A DNA stretch of 64,000 bases. It comes from Acidimicrobiales bacterium. GTDB lineage: Bacteria; Actinomycetota; Acidimicrobiia; Acidimicrobiales; SZUA-35. The first letter of the stretch is position 1, and every line of letters starts with the position of its first letter. The notes below the pieces were generated by a model that was not told where the DNA came from, searched no databases, and was given only the letters and a program-made list of their open reading frames with translations. Shown here one piece after another: positions 34,955 through 43,447 of the stretch. Location of the stretch: the NCBI GenBank assembly GCA_020630195.1, contig JAHDBV010000001.1, positions 72,314 through 136,313 on the forward strand, given 5' to 3'. The position numbers and the translations under genes were made by a program.

Positions 34955-35926
34955 TCACACTTCGATGACAACTGGCCCTGCCGAGACCAACGAGATCTCG
35001 GCTTCGGTGAACTCGGCAAACGTCTTTCGCACCTCGTCCACGTTGCCGTCGGGACAACATACGAGGATGAACGCCCCGATCTTTCCCCCGGGAAGCTGGG
35101 CTGCGGCTCCGACGGAGTCGGCGAGCGACACCACGTGATCGACGTAGTCGTCGTCGAAGGCCCCGGGCAGGGCCCTCTTGAGAGCCTGATGGTCGCGGAT
35201 GACGCGGGCCATCCCACCGACGTCTGCTCCCTGCACGGCCACCTCGAAGTCGGCGACGAGCTCCACCATCGCTTGCAGCTGGTCGGCCCCTGCGGAGATG
35301 TTTGCTCTCAGAAGGTCGAGTGACGGCTTAGAGCGGGAGTGTCGGCCGCCGTAGAAGAACAGCAACGAGGAGTCGAACTCGGAGAAGAGCGGATCCTCGG
35401 CCCGGAGCACGACTCGGTCGTGGATCCCGTCGCTGGAGTAATCGAGGCGTCGAAGGCCCCCGAGGGCGCAGATCGAAGGATCGTGAAAGCCCGAACCCTC
35501 GAGGATCCGCACCTCCAGCGTGTTGGCGAGCTCGAGTGCCTGGCGGGCACTCGTGTCGAGGCCCTGGAATCGGCGGAGGGCAGAGATCAGCGCAACCGCC
35601 AAGGCCCCCGAACTTCCGAGACCGCTCTCGGGCGGCAGGTCCGCTGCGATATAGACGTCGACACCACCATCGACGACTCCGACAAGGCGGAGAGCCTCAC
35701 GGACCACGTCGTTCTTGATGTGGCCGATCTCACTGACCTTCTCGAAGGTGTCCTGGTATCGCAGCCGGAAATACCCGCCACGATTCTCCTTGACCGAGCA
35801 GTACAGATATTGGTCGATGGTGCACGACACCGTGGCGCCGGGGAACATCTCGATGGACTCCGGCAAGTCGGTGAGCCCACCGGCGAAGGGCACCCGCATC
35901 GGGGCTTTGGCGACGATCAGTGACAC
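34955..35926 (-). CDS. GHMP-family sugar kinase (HddA/fucokinase-like)
   Basis: VAKAPMRVPFAGGLTDLP N-terminus and GHMP motif II DLPPESGLGSSGALAVALISAL. The GTG start overlaps the upstream gene by 10 nt. Confidence 0.7.
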   Translation of the reverse strand: MSLIVAKAPMRVPFAGGLTDLPESIEMFPGATVSCTIDQYLYCSVKENRGGYFRLRYQDTFEKVSEIGHIKNDVVREALRLVGVVDGGVDVYIAADLPPESGLGSSGALAVALISALRRFQGLDTSARQALELANTLEVRILEGSGFHDPSICALGGLRRLDYSSDGIHDRVVLRAEDPLFSEFDSSLLFFYGGRHSRSKPSLDLLRANISAGADQLQAMVELVADFEVAVQGADVGGMARVIRDHQALKRALPGAFDDDYVDHVVSLADSVGAAAQLPGGKIGAFILVCCPDGNVDEVRKTFAEFTEAEISLVSAGPVVIEV

Positions 35927-36660
35927 CGGACCTCCAGGTCTCGGACGAGAGGACGAACCCGATCCACCACGGATCGAACATGCTCCTCAGGGGTGGGGTC
36001 GACACCGCCGAGATGGATCCACTCGCCGGTTCGGACACAGCGAACGTCATGACCGCCGTCGATCATCGCCTGCACCGCGATCAGCATGCGATCCTCCCCC
36101 TCGTCGGGGGGTCTGGTGGCCAAGAACCCGGGAACGGCCTCCGAGCGGAGGTGCCAAAGCCCACGGTCGGCGAGATCCCCTGAACCGCCCCAACAACGAA
36201 GAACGGCGTCGCCGTCGAGCTCGAGGCGGATGTTCGGATTGCTGTCGTGTCCCGGCGGAGCGCCTGCCAGAACGACGGACCCGGACGACGACGACAGCAC
36301 ATCGAGGTCGCTCGACCGGACCAGTGCGTCCGCCAGCCACACGACTGTGTCGCGCGGATCGCCCGCGAGGGCCGCACGCAGTGCGTCTGCCGTACCGTTC
36401 GGTTGCGCCTGCTGAACGTAGCGGATCTTCAGACCCCCGTACCTGTCACCGAAGTACGCCCGGATCTGCTCGCCGTGCACGTTCTCGACGAGGACGAGTT
36501 CGTCGCCATCGACGGCGTAATCTGCGACCGCAGCTACGGACAGCTCGAGGAACGGCGTCAGATCGATCGGATACATGCACTTCTGGAGGTAGCACCCGAG
36601 GCCGCCGAAGCGGCTTCCCCGCCCGGCGGCGAGACAGATGAAGCGTCGCCCACGATCCAC
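35917..36660 (-). CDS. Sugar-phosphate nucleotidyltransferase (NTP_transferase family, HddC-like)
   Basis: FICLAAGRGSRFGGLGCYLQKCMYPI fits the L-x-x-G-x-G-x-R...K...P signature. 247 aa. Confidence 0.65.
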   Translation of the reverse strand: MDRGRRFICLAAGRGSRFGGLGCYLQKCMYPIDLTPFLELSVAAVADYAVDGDELVLVENVHGEQIRAYFGDRYGGLKIRYVQQAQPNGTADALRAALAGDPRDTVVWLADALVRSSDLDVLSSSSGSVVLAGAPPGHDSNPNIRLELDGDAVLRCWGGSGDLADRGLWHLRSEAVPGFLATRPPDEGEDRMLIAVQAMIDGGHDVRCVRTGEWIHLGGVDPTPEEHVRSVVDRVRPLVRDLEVRCH

Positions 36661-36793
36661 CAGGTCAGGCTAGCTCGATGCTCGTCCCGCTGATTCGGGC
36701 GACCTCACCCAACGGCCTGCTCCATCTGGAGACCGCCGGGTGCTCCCGAGGCGACGGGAAGGGGTTTCGCCCATGTGAACACCCGAGCGCACG

Positions 36794-37630
36794 TTGAATC
36801 CTCGCAGAGGTCAAAGCAGACTAGGGCCCGCGGGCAAAGGGACAAGGAGCGGCGCGTTGTACAGCGCATTGGCGAACGCTCTCGGCGGAGATGCAGATCC
36901 GGCACTCATCAAAGAGCTGCCGGACGGGGTGGTCATCGACCTCACCGGATCCGAGCCGCGAGTCATCTACGAAGAGCGGCTGTTGGGGCTCGACGAGTCC
37001 CTGCCATCGCGACCCAGTCGGGTCGCCGTGCGTTGCTTCGACATCATCGGCGCTCTGATGATCGGCATCGTCGCGGCGCCGGTGGCGCTGGCTTGTGCGG
37101 TGCTCGTGCGGATCACATCCCGAGGGCCCGTCATCTACGGGTCCCCTCGCCACGGCCATCGAGGGACAACGTTCGATGCGCTCAAGTTCCGGTCGATGCG
37201 AACGAATGGCGATGAGATCCTCACAGCACACTTCGCTGAGAACCCTGATGCCCAGCGCGAATATGCCGAGAACTTCAAGCTGAAGGTCGATCCGAGGATC
37301 ACATCGGTTGGGAACATTCTGCGGAAGTCGAGCCTTGACGAGCTTCCACAGCTCCTCAACGTCGTTCGCGGCGAGATGAGCCTCGTCGGTCCCCGACCCA
37401 AGCTCTTGAACGAGGCTGAACGCTACGGCCCGGCGCTCCCAACGGTGCTTCGGGTGAAGCCGGGCTTGACCGGAAAGTGGCAGACGAGCGGCCGGAGCAA
37501 CCTCGGCTTCGCCGAGCGGATCATTCTCGACGTCGAGTACGCGACGACCCGAACCCTCGCCGAGGACGTCAAGATCTGCCTCAAGACCGCGGTGCAGATG
37601 CTCCGCCCTGGCCAGCACGGCGCCTACTGA
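36794..37630 (+). CDS. Small monotopic phosphoglycosyl transferase (bacterial sugar transferase family), PGT-3
   Basis: RCFDIIGALMIGIVAAPVALACAVLV, PVIYGSPRHG, LKFRSMR and DELPQLLNVVRGEMSLVGPRP. The start is uncertain: TTG 36794 as in the ORF track, with later TTG/GTG codons possible. Confidence 0.75.
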   Translation: MNPRRGQSRLGPAGKGTRSGALYSALANALGGDADPALIKELPDGVVIDLTGSEPRVIYEERLLGLDESLPSRPSRVAVRCFDIIGALMIGIVAAPVALACAVLVRITSRGPVIYGSPRHGHRGTTFDALKFRSMRTNGDEILTAHFAENPDAQREYAENFKLKVDPRITSVGNILRKSSLDELPQLLNVVRGEMSLVGPRPKLLNEAERYGPALPTVLRVKPGLTGKWQTSGRSNLGFAERIILDVEYATTRTLAEDVKICLKTAVQMLRPGQHGAY

Positions 37631-38634
37631 TGCGCGTGGCCGTCACGGGTGGTGCCGGCTTCATCGGATCGCACACACTTGTCGCGCTCGCCGAACGGGG
37701 GCACGAACCGGTGGTGCTCGACAACCTGTCGAACTCCTCCAGAACGTCCGTCGACCGGGTCGCGGAACTGACCGGTGACCGGCCTGCGCTCCACGTCGTG
37801 GATCTGAGTGACCGAGCGGCCACCGCCTCGGCCTTTCGCGAGATCGGCGTCGCAGCAGTCGTGCACTTCGCCGCCCGGAAACACGTACCCGAGTCGGTTG
37901 ACAAGCCGATCGACTACTACCGCAACAACGTCGCTGCGCTCGCCAATGTGCTCGACGCATGTGTCGAGCACCGCATCGAGCGCCTCGTCTTCTCTTCCTC
38001 CGGCTCGGTGTACGGCGAAGCGGACCAGCTTCCGATCACCGAGAAAGCCGAGCACCGCCCGACGAACCCGTACTCGGCCACGAAGTCCTTCGGGGAGCGC
38101 ATGGTCGAAGACACATGCGCTCGGCACTCGTGGCTTCGGGCCACATCGCTCCGGTACTTCAACCCCGCCGGCGCCCATCCGAGTGGCAGGATCGGAGAGG
38201 ATCCCACCGGACTGCTCTCGAACCTTCTCCCCGTCCTCATGCACGTGGCGATCGGGAACGTGCCGGAGCTGTCCGTATACGGCGACGACTTCGAGACACC
38301 CGATGGCTTCGGGGTGCGTGACTACGTGCACGTCTCGGACGTCGCCGACATCCATGCCATGCTGATCGAGCAACTCCAGCCCGGACACGAGGTCTTCAAC
38401 CTCGGGCGAGGAGAAGGCGTGTCGGTGAAGCAGATGATCGATGCGGTCGAGGCGGTCACGGGACGCCCCGTGCCCTGGACGCTCCACGGTCGCCGACCCG
38501 GGGACGTCGCAGCCCTCTTCGGCGACACGAGCAAACTCGACCGAGCGCTCGGTCGGTTCTCCTACCGATCGCTCGAGCAGATCGTGACCGACGCCTGGCG
38601 CTGGCAATCGGACAACCCCGGCGGCTACCGGTGA
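37630..38634 (+). CDS. galE: UDP-glucose 4-epimerase
   Basis: ATG 37630 shares one nt with the previous stop (TGATG). MRVAVTGGAGFIGSHT, VLDNLSNSS, FSSSGSVYG, PYSATK (YxxxK) and LRYFNPAG are present. Confidence 0.8.
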   Translation: MRVAVTGGAGFIGSHTLVALAERGHEPVVLDNLSNSSRTSVDRVAELTGDRPALHVVDLSDRAATASAFREIGVAAVVHFAARKHVPESVDKPIDYYRNNVAALANVLDACVEHRIERLVFSSSGSVYGEADQLPITEKAEHRPTNPYSATKSFGERMVEDTCARHSWLRATSLRYFNPAGAHPSGRIGEDPTGLLSNLLPVLMHVAIGNVPELSVYGDDFETPDGFGVRDYVHVSDVADIHAMLIEQLQPGHEVFNLGRGEGVSVKQMIDAVEAVTGRPVPWTLHGRRPGDVAALFGDTSKLDRALGRFSYRSLEQIVTDAWRWQSDNPGGYR

Positions 38635-38721
38635 CGACCACGCCTAGGTGATTCCGCTCCCGCTCGCGCTGGCTCGCCGTCCTAGCGTCTACAACAGGGC
38701 GAACAAGGAGACTCTGGCGGA

Positions 38722-39921
38722 ATGAAGATTCTCGTACTCGGTGGCGACGGCTTCTGCGGATGGCCGACGGCGCTGCACCTCAGCAACCTGGGACACGATG
38801 TCACGATCGTGGACAATCTCAGTCGGCGGAACATCGACAACGAGTTGGAGACCAACTCGCTGACGCCGATCGCGACGATGTCGAAGCGGCTCGAGGCATG
38901 GAAGCGGGCGACAGGCCGGACGATCGGCTTCGAGCGTCTCGACATTGCGAAGAACTACCACCGGCTCCTGACACTCATCACGGAGACGGAGCCCGACAGC
39001 ATCGTTCACTTCGCAGAGCAGCGTGCGGCTCCGTACTCCATGAAGAGCCCGATGCACAAGCGATACACGGTCGAGAACAACCTGACGGCAACGCACAACG
39101 TGCTGTGCGCCATCGTCGAGAGCGGGCTCGACATCCACCTCGCTCATCTCGGCACGATGGGTGTGTACGGCTACGGCACGGCCGGGATGAAGATCCCGGA
39201 GGGGTACCTCCCGATCGAAGTCGTGACCGACGACGGTGAGCGTGTCCGCCAAGACATCCTCTACCCGGCCAACCCCGGGAGCATCTACCACATGACGAAG
39301 ACGCAGGATCAGCTGTTCTTCGCCTACTACGCGAAGAACGACCGGCTTCGGATCACCGACCTGCACCAGGGGATCGTCTGGGGAACCAACACCCCGGAGA
39401 CACTGCTCGACGATGCGCTGGTCAATCGATTCGACTACGACGGCGACTACGGCACCGTGCTCAATCGTTTTCTGATGCAAGCCGCGGTTGGCTATCCGAT
39501 AACGGTGCACGGCACGGGTGGCCAGACACGAGCCTTCATTCACATCACTGACACGGTTCGGTGTGTCCAGCTCGCATTGGAGAACCCACCCGACCGAGGC
39601 TCGAAGGTCAAGATCCTCAACCAGATGACGGAAACGCACCGGGTCCGAGATCTCGCGAAGATCGTCGTCGACGTGGCCGGCGGCGAGATCGCGAACGTCC
39701 CGAACCCCCGGAACGAGGATGCCGAGAACGACCTGAACGTCCGGAACGATCTCTTCCTAGACCTTGGGCTGAACCCCACGACGCTGAGCAACGGACTGCT
39801 CGACGAGGTCACCTCGATCGCCCGCCGGTACGTCGACCGAGCAGACCTCACCCGCATCCCCTGCACCTCCGTCTGGACCGACCAACAGGACCCCGGCATC
39901 CCGTCCACCGCCGGGGAGTAG
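38722..39921 (+). CDS. sqdB: UDP-sulfoquinovose synthase (SQD1/SqdB/Agl3 family)
   Basis: ILVLGGDGFCGWPTALHLS, SLTPIA, FAEQRAAPYSM, LGTMGVYGY, IPEGY and IYHMTKTQD (Tyr-His-x-x-Lys) parallel plant SQD1 (GGDGYCGW, SLTPIA, FGEQRSAPYSM, GTMGEYG, FYHLSKVHD). 399 aa. Confidence 0.8.
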   Translation: MKILVLGGDGFCGWPTALHLSNLGHDVTIVDNLSRRNIDNELETNSLTPIATMSKRLEAWKRATGRTIGFERLDIAKNYHRLLTLITETEPDSIVHFAEQRAAPYSMKSPMHKRYTVENNLTATHNVLCAIVESGLDIHLAHLGTMGVYGYGTAGMKIPEGYLPIEVVTDDGERVRQDILYPANPGSIYHMTKTQDQLFFAYYAKNDRLRITDLHQGIVWGTNTPETLLDDALVNRFDYDGDYGTVLNRFLMQAAVGYPITVHGTGGQTRAFIHITDTVRCVQLALENPPDRGSKVKILNQMTETHRVRDLAKIVVDVAGGEIANVPNPRNEDAENDLNVRNDLFLDLGLNPTTLSNGLLDEVTSIARRYVDRADLTRIPCTSVWTDQQDPGIPSTAGE

Positions 39922-40184
39922 GTGCCCCGGACAGCGAGGCGCTGCGGAGAACGCTCCCCCGACTCCGCCAAGCAGTGCGGTTGCGTTGCCGGGTCAACCG
40001 GTGGGTTCAGCCTGTTGCGCGGGCTTGGCTCCCACTTCCAACGGACACGGCAAGGTGCCACGTCCCACTTCGCTGGTGAGCGGCCCAAACTATGATCTGG
40101 ATCGTTCGCGCTGCGGTCCCGCAAGCGCGGACCGGTTGCGGCCCCATCGACCTGAGACACGGCAGCTGTACCCGGTACTCGCGC

Positions 40185-41306
40185 TCAATGGTGCGAGTGC
40201 AGGTTCCGCCAGAACGCGACCCGGTCCGCCAGACCGATGAGCGCATTCACCGTCCGAGCCGAACAGTCAGTGATCTGGTACTCGACCGGTGTGCTCGTCT
40301 GTGCGGGCCGATCCAGCCGGCTCCGCACCGCCAACAACACGCTCTCGCGCTGCAGACCACAGAGCACGATCGATCCTGTGTCGAGCGCTTCCGGGCGCTC
40401 GATCGAGTCCCGGATCGACACCGCGGGGAAGTCGAGAATCGCCGACTCCTCGCTGATCGTCCCGCTGTCCGACAGCACACACGCGGCATCGAGCTGAAGC
40501 CGGCAGTAGTCGGAGAAGCCGAACGGTGGATGAAACACCACTCCCCCACCGTCGACGAATCCCGCCTGTTCCATCCGGTTCCGGGTCCGAGGATGCAGCG
40601 AGACGACGACCGGATACCCGTACTCGCCATGGAGGGCGCGGAGTGTGTCCATCAGATCGCCGAGGCGCGCCGGATGGTCGACGTTCTCCTCGCGATGCGC
40701 CGAGACGACGAAGTACTTCCCCGGTTCGAGCCCGAGGTCCGCAACGGCCGTGCTCGCGTCGATCTTCGGCTGCTGGTGGTCGAGCACCTCCTTCATCGGT
40801 GAACCCGACAGGAGGATGCGCTGGGCGGACAGGCCCTCGCGGAGAAGGTTCCGCCGTGCGTGTTCCGTGTAGACGAGGTTCACATCCGCGGTGTGGTCCA
40901 CGATGCGGCGGTTGACCTCTTCCGGCACGTTCTCGTCGAAGCTCCTGTTCCCCGCCTCCATGTGGAACACCGGGATGTGCATGCGTTTCGCGATGATCGC
41001 AGCCAGGGCGGAGTTGGTGTCACCGAGCACGAGCAGGGCGTCAGGACCCTCCTCGACGAGGACCGCCTCGGACTTCGCGATGATGTCGCCGTACGCTCTG
41101 CCGACCGACTCCCGTGACACGTCGAGGTAGTGGTCGGGCGCACGCAGATCCAGATCGTCGAAGAAGACCTGATTCAGCTCGTAGTCGTAGTTCTGCCCCG
41201 TGTGCACGAGCACGTGCTCGATCCCGGCCGTCTGCTCGAGACGGTCGATCACACGGCTGAGGCGGATGATCTCGGGTCGAGTCCCGAGCACGGTCATGAT
41301 CTTCAC
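40185..41306 (-). CDS. fnlC: UDP-2-acetamido-2,6-dideoxy-L-talose 2-epimerase type (FnlC/Cap5G/WbjD-like non-hydrolysing 2-epimerase)
   Basis: KIMTVLGTRPEIIRLS, VHTGQNYDYELNQVFFDDLDLRAPDHYL, PVFHMEAGNRSFDENVPEEVNRRIVDH and LSDSGTISEES closely parallel S. aureus Cap5G. Confidence 0.85.
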   Translation of the reverse strand: MKIMTVLGTRPEIIRLSRVIDRLEQTAGIEHVLVHTGQNYDYELNQVFFDDLDLRAPDHYLDVSRESVGRAYGDIIAKSEAVLVEEGPDALLVLGDTNSALAAIIAKRMHIPVFHMEAGNRSFDENVPEEVNRRIVDHTADVNLVYTEHARRNLLREGLSAQRILLSGSPMKEVLDHQQPKIDASTAVADLGLEPGKYFVVSAHREENVDHPARLGDLMDTLRALHGEYGYPVVVSLHPRTRNRMEQAGFVDGGGVVFHPPFGFSDYCRLQLDAACVLSDSGTISEESAILDFPAVSIRDSIERPEALDTGSIVLCGLQRESVLLAVRSRLDRPAQTSTPVEYQITDCSARTVNALIGLADRVAFWRNLHSHH

Positions 41307-42418
41307 GAGAACATCTCCACGGCCTCGGCATACGTGTCCGGGGCTGCGGGATCGAAGTGATCGCCTGCCCAGAACACGGTCGTCATGATCCCATCGCCGG
41401 TGTTGGTGATGTTGTGGGTCGTCAGTGGCGGCATGTCGATCGCAACCGGAACGTCACCGACGACATCGAACTCGATGACCTCTTCGGTGAGCAGTCGCCG
41501 GAGCCGGAGACGAGCAGAGCCGGCCACGACGACGAACCGCTCGATCTTGTCGAGGTGGTAGTGATCGCCCCGAGTCACGCCGGGCACCGTCGTCGAGATC
41601 GAGGTCTGGCCGACACCATCGGCACGCATCAACTCGGCGAAACCGCCACGGGCATCCTCGTGCAACGTGAGGGCCACCGGATAGTGGCCCTGGAGGAACA
41701 GTTGTGATCGAAGCGTGTTGAAGACCTGGAGTTCGAATCGGTCGGCGAAGCTCGGCACCACCCGCTCCTCCACGTACCGTCGGTACTGCTCCGACATCAG
41801 GTCGAACACCTCCCCGACGGTGATACGGCGTCCGTCGAGTCGATGCCGCACCCGACCCGCACCGTCGGCGAGCTCGAGCATCGTCGCGGCGACGTCCTGC
41901 GCGTGCGCGAGCTCGAGTTGGCCCTCCCGAACGACCCCCGACGGCTCACCCACCGCGAGGTTGTGAGCGAAGGTGGTGACCGCACTGTTGTAGTTCGGAC
42001 GGCCGTACTCGCCGAAGAGATGCGGCAGGACCAGGTCGACGAATCGGGCTCCGACCGAGGTCGCCCAGCGCTCGAGCGAGATGGCGGCGGACTGCTTCGC
42101 CTCACCGTAGACGCCCCCCACCTCGGACTTGGTCGAGTTCGTGTAGACCACCGCCGGCGCAACGCCCGCCTCGCTCAGCGCCCAGACGAGCCTGTCGGCG
42201 AGACGACGGTTTCCGTCCGCGACCTCAGCGTCCGTCGCCGCCCGATTGACCCCGGCGCAGTGGAACACGACATCCGCAGCGGACACCGCAGCCCTGAGCG
42301 CCGTGTCATCGGCGAAGACGTCCCGATCGACGCTGACGGCGTCGTGGCCCAATCGACGAAGCGCACAGCGCACATGCCAGCCGAGAAATCCGGCCCCACC
42401 CGTGACGGCGACCTTCAT
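41303..42418 (-). CDS. fnlB: FnlB/Cap5F/WbjC-like reductase/epimerase (SDR N-terminal domain plus cupin-like C-terminal domain)
   Basis: MKVAVTGGAGFLGWH Rossmann start, about 371 aa, with a C-terminal beta-rich cupin-like part (GVTRGDHYH). It sits between fnlA and fnlC with 4-nt overlaps on both sides. Confidence 0.8.
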   Translation of the reverse strand: MKVAVTGGAGFLGWHVRCALRRLGHDAVSVDRDVFADDTALRAAVSAADVVFHCAGVNRAATDAEVADGNRRLADRLVWALSEAGVAPAVVYTNSTKSEVGGVYGEAKQSAAISLERWATSVGARFVDLVLPHLFGEYGRPNYNSAVTTFAHNLAVGEPSGVVREGQLELAHAQDVAATMLELADGAGRVRHRLDGRRITVGEVFDLMSEQYRRYVEERVVPSFADRFELQVFNTLRSQLFLQGHYPVALTLHEDARGGFAELMRADGVGQTSISTTVPGVTRGDHYHLDKIERFVVVAGSARLRLRRLLTEEVIEFDVVGDVPVAIDMPPLTTHNITNTGDGIMTTVFWAGDHFDPAAPDTYAEAVEMFS

Positions 42419-43431
42419 CGGGAGGCCACCCAGGAATCGAGCTCCCGCTTGACCTCGGGCAGCCCGAGGAGGAGCTCCTTCGTGCCGGCGACATCGAGGC
42501 GTTCCGTGTTGTGCGAGTGATAGTCGTCGGAGCCGACGCTCTGATCACCTTCGCTGAAGTAGCTCGCGTAGTCGAGGCCGCGGGTGTCCATTCTCAAGCG
42601 CCAGTAGTCGCCCATGTCCTCGGCTCCCCGCAGTTCTTCGCCCGTCGCAAGGGTCTCGTAGAGCTTCTCGCCGTGCCGAACCCCGATCGTCTCGATCGGG
42701 GCCTCGACCTCGAACAGTTCTCTGACTGCAATCGCGAGATCACCGACGGTGGACGCTGGCGCCTTTCGGATGAAGGTGTCGCCGGGCTCTGCGTGGGTGA
42801 ACGCGTGCTCGACGAGCTCGACGGCCGTTTCGAGGGGAAGCAGGAACCTGGTCATGTCGGGGTCCGTCACGGTCAACGGCTTCCCTTCGCGGATCTGCTG
42901 AACGAACAGCGGGATCACCGACCCTCGGGAGTACATCACGTTGCCGTACCTCACCGACGACACGGTGGTGTCGTCGTCCCCTCGCCGAGCCGAGGCCTGT
43001 GCGACCTTCTCCATCAGGGCCTTCGTCATGCCCATCGCATTCACCGGCATGACCGCCTTGTCGGTGCTCAGGCACACCACGCTCTCCACCGACGCAGCCT
43101 GCGCCGACTCGATCACATTGGCGGAGCCGATGACATTCGTGAGCACGGCTTGCAAGGGGAAGAACTCGCAGCTCGGCACCTGCTTCAGCGCCGCAGCGTG
43201 GAACACGAGATCGACGCCGCGCATCGCATGGTCGACGCTCTGACGCTCTCGCACATCGCCCACATAGAAGTCGAGGCGCGGATTGTCGAAGTCGACACGC
43301 ATCTGATGCTGCTTTGCCTCGTCGCGGCTGAGAATCCGGATCGTCCCCGAGCCGCCCAGGCGGATCAGATGCTCGGCCATCTTGCGGCCGAAGGATCCGG
43401 TGCCACCGGTGATCAGTACGTTCTTGTCCAT
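42415..43431 (-). CDS. fnlA: UDP-N-acetylglucosamine 4,6-dehydratase/5-epimerase (FnlA/Cap5E/WbjB type)
   Basis: ATG 43431 lies inside ORF 42415..43725. VLITGGTGSFG, HAAALKQVPSCEFFP, CLSTDKA, NAMGMTKALMEK, RYGNVMYSRGSVIPLF, TDPDMTRFL and GVRHGEK run nearly colinear with Cap5E. Confidence 0.9.
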   Translation of the reverse strand: MDKNVLITGGTGSFGRKMAEHLIRLGGSGTIRILSRDEAKQHQMRVDFDNPRLDFYVGDVRERQSVDHAMRGVDLVFHAAALKQVPSCEFFPLQAVLTNVIGSANVIESAQAASVESVVCLSTDKAVMPVNAMGMTKALMEKVAQASARRGDDDTTVSSVRYGNVMYSRGSVIPLFVQQIREGKPLTVTDPDMTRFLLPLETAVELVEHAFTHAEPGDTFIRKAPASTVGDLAIAVRELFEVEAPIETIGVRHGEKLYETLATGEELRGAEDMGDYWRLRMDTRGLDYASYFSEGDQSVGSDDYHSHNTERLDVAGTKELLLGLPEVKRELDSWVASR

Positions 43432-43447
43432 GTGAGACGACTTCCGT

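Noticed and set aside
39922-40184. The largest intergenic gap (263 nt, between convergent sqdB and fnlC), inspected for a tRNA, small RNA, terminator or small ORF
   Set aside because: I found only short overlapping hairpins (CGCGCT/AGCGCG and CGGTCC/GGACCG around 40107-40134). There is no cloverleaf-like structure. The two ORFs there (84 aa and 79 aa) are Arg/Pro-rich and mutually antisense. Nothing is supportable without covariance-model searches.
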